Part shown: positions 36,976 to 38,038 of the stretch, piece by piece | How positions within the stretch are numbered: position 1 is the first letter of the stretch | Layout: the number at the start of each line of letters is the position of its first letter | Source of the DNA: Octopus sinensis | Lineage: Eukaryota | Assembly: GCF_006345805.1 (NCBI RefSeq) | Contig: NW_021835853.1 | Location: 1 to 38,038, forward strand | Direction: 5' to 3' | Length of the DNA stretch: 38,038 nt | Notes under the pieces: generated by a model | Databases searched by the model: none | Told to the model about the DNA's origin: nothing | What the model saw: only the letters and a program-made list of their open reading frames with translations | Translations under genes and position numbers: made by a program

Positions 36976-37690
36976 GACTTAATCGACTTAATCCCTTTGT
37001 CTCTCCTTGTTTGTCCCCTCTATGTTTAGCCCCTTGTTGGCAATAACGAAATAAGAATCGTTAGCACGCCAGGCGAAATGCTTTACGGTATTTCGTCTGC
37101 CGTTACGTTCGGAGTTCAAATTCTGCCGAGGTCGACTTTGCCTTTCAGTCTTTCGGGGTCGATAAATTAAGTATCAGTTACGCACTGGGGGTCAATGTAA
37201 TCGACTTATCCCTTGGTCTCTCCTGTGTGTTTGTCCCTCTCTTATTGTTTAGCCCCTTGTGGGGCAATAAAGAAATAAGATTCGTTAGCACGCCAGGCGA
37301 AATGTTTTACGGTATTTCGTCTGCCGTTACGTTTGGAGTTCAAATTCCACCGAGGTCGACTTTGCCTTTCATCCTTTCGGGGTCGATAAATTAAGTATCA
37401 GTTACGCACTGGGTCAATGTAATCGACTTAATCGTTTTGTCTCTCCTTGTTTATCCCCTCTATGTTTAACCCCTTGTGGGCAGTAAAGAAATAAGAATCT
37501 TTAGCACGCCAGGCGAAATGCTTAGCAGTATTTCGTGTCTTCGTGTTCTGGGTTCAAATTCCGCACAGGTCGACTTTGTCTTTCGTCCTTTCGCGGTCGA
37601 TAAAATAAGTACCAGTAGAATACTGCGGTCGATGTAATCAACTAGCCCCCTCCCCCAAATTTCAGGCCTTGTGCCTATAGTAGAAAGGCT
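36976..37690 (+). mobile_element. Four-unit SINE-B array (36976-37053, 37054-37277, 37278-37493, 37494-~37690 with alternative tail)
   Basis: Three near-identical junctions: GAAATA|AGA(A/T)TC(G/T)TTAGCACGCC. Confidence 0.88.
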
Positions 37691-38038
37691 TCTTACAACA
37701 GGTGGGACTGTTGAGTGAAGGGGAAAGAGTTCGTACTGAAGAGAGGTGGGCTTCGGAAGATAGTTCGAAAAAGCCACATTTTGTTAGAAAATAATGCATG
37801 AGAGAAAAGTAGAATCTTTGACAAAACAGCGAAGTAGCACTGATTTGGTGACAGAGATGAGAGAGAAATATGGAGACAAATTTGTAGATGTGGGATGAAG
37901 AAAGACGGACGAAAATGTAAAGACAAAGGAGAAGGTAGGCAGCGGAAGGGGAAGCAGGAGGTGTAGCGGAATAGGGAGTGTATACAGTGAATGGAATTAG
38001 AGGGAAGTACAGGGAAGTAGAAGGGAATTGTAGCCGGT

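Noticed and set aside
35603-37690. CRISPR-like or tRNA-gene interpretation of the tandem arrays and tRNA-like heads
   Set aside because: Units are ~200-bp SINEs without unique spacers, the heads are SINE promoter regions rather than complete tRNA cloverleaves, and the context is eukaryotic.

Overview
This is a 38 kb, AT-rich, repeat-saturated animal window. The SINE families and microsatellite density suggest a cephalopod (Octopus-like) genome; this is an inference. I found no credible host protein-coding exon, so the window is intergenic or deep intronic, and nearly all ORF-track entries are microsatellite translations. Coding remnants: a young-looking, 5'-truncated Tx1/L1-clade LINE (6655-9378, minus) inside a (GATA)n tract; a HERO/NeSL-like CCHC fragment; a dead Hsmar1-like mariner split by a 375-bp insertion; and two heavily decayed L1-like fragments. 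Non-coding mobile elements: many tRNA-derived SINEs, two non-autonomous Helitrons and a MITE with an 8-bp TSD. Three observations stand out. (1) A set of minimal hammerhead-ribozyme motifs sits in Penelope-like repeat ends, some in inverted pairs. (2) The abundant 'SINE-B' family shares its 3' terminal ~50 nt with the Tx1-like LINE (39/50 columns), which suggests a SINE/LINE partnership. (3) SINE-B shows repeated insertion at GGTATT / AGAATC sites, including inside its own head, giving head-to-tail self-nested arrays. All alignments were done by eye and no database search was run.
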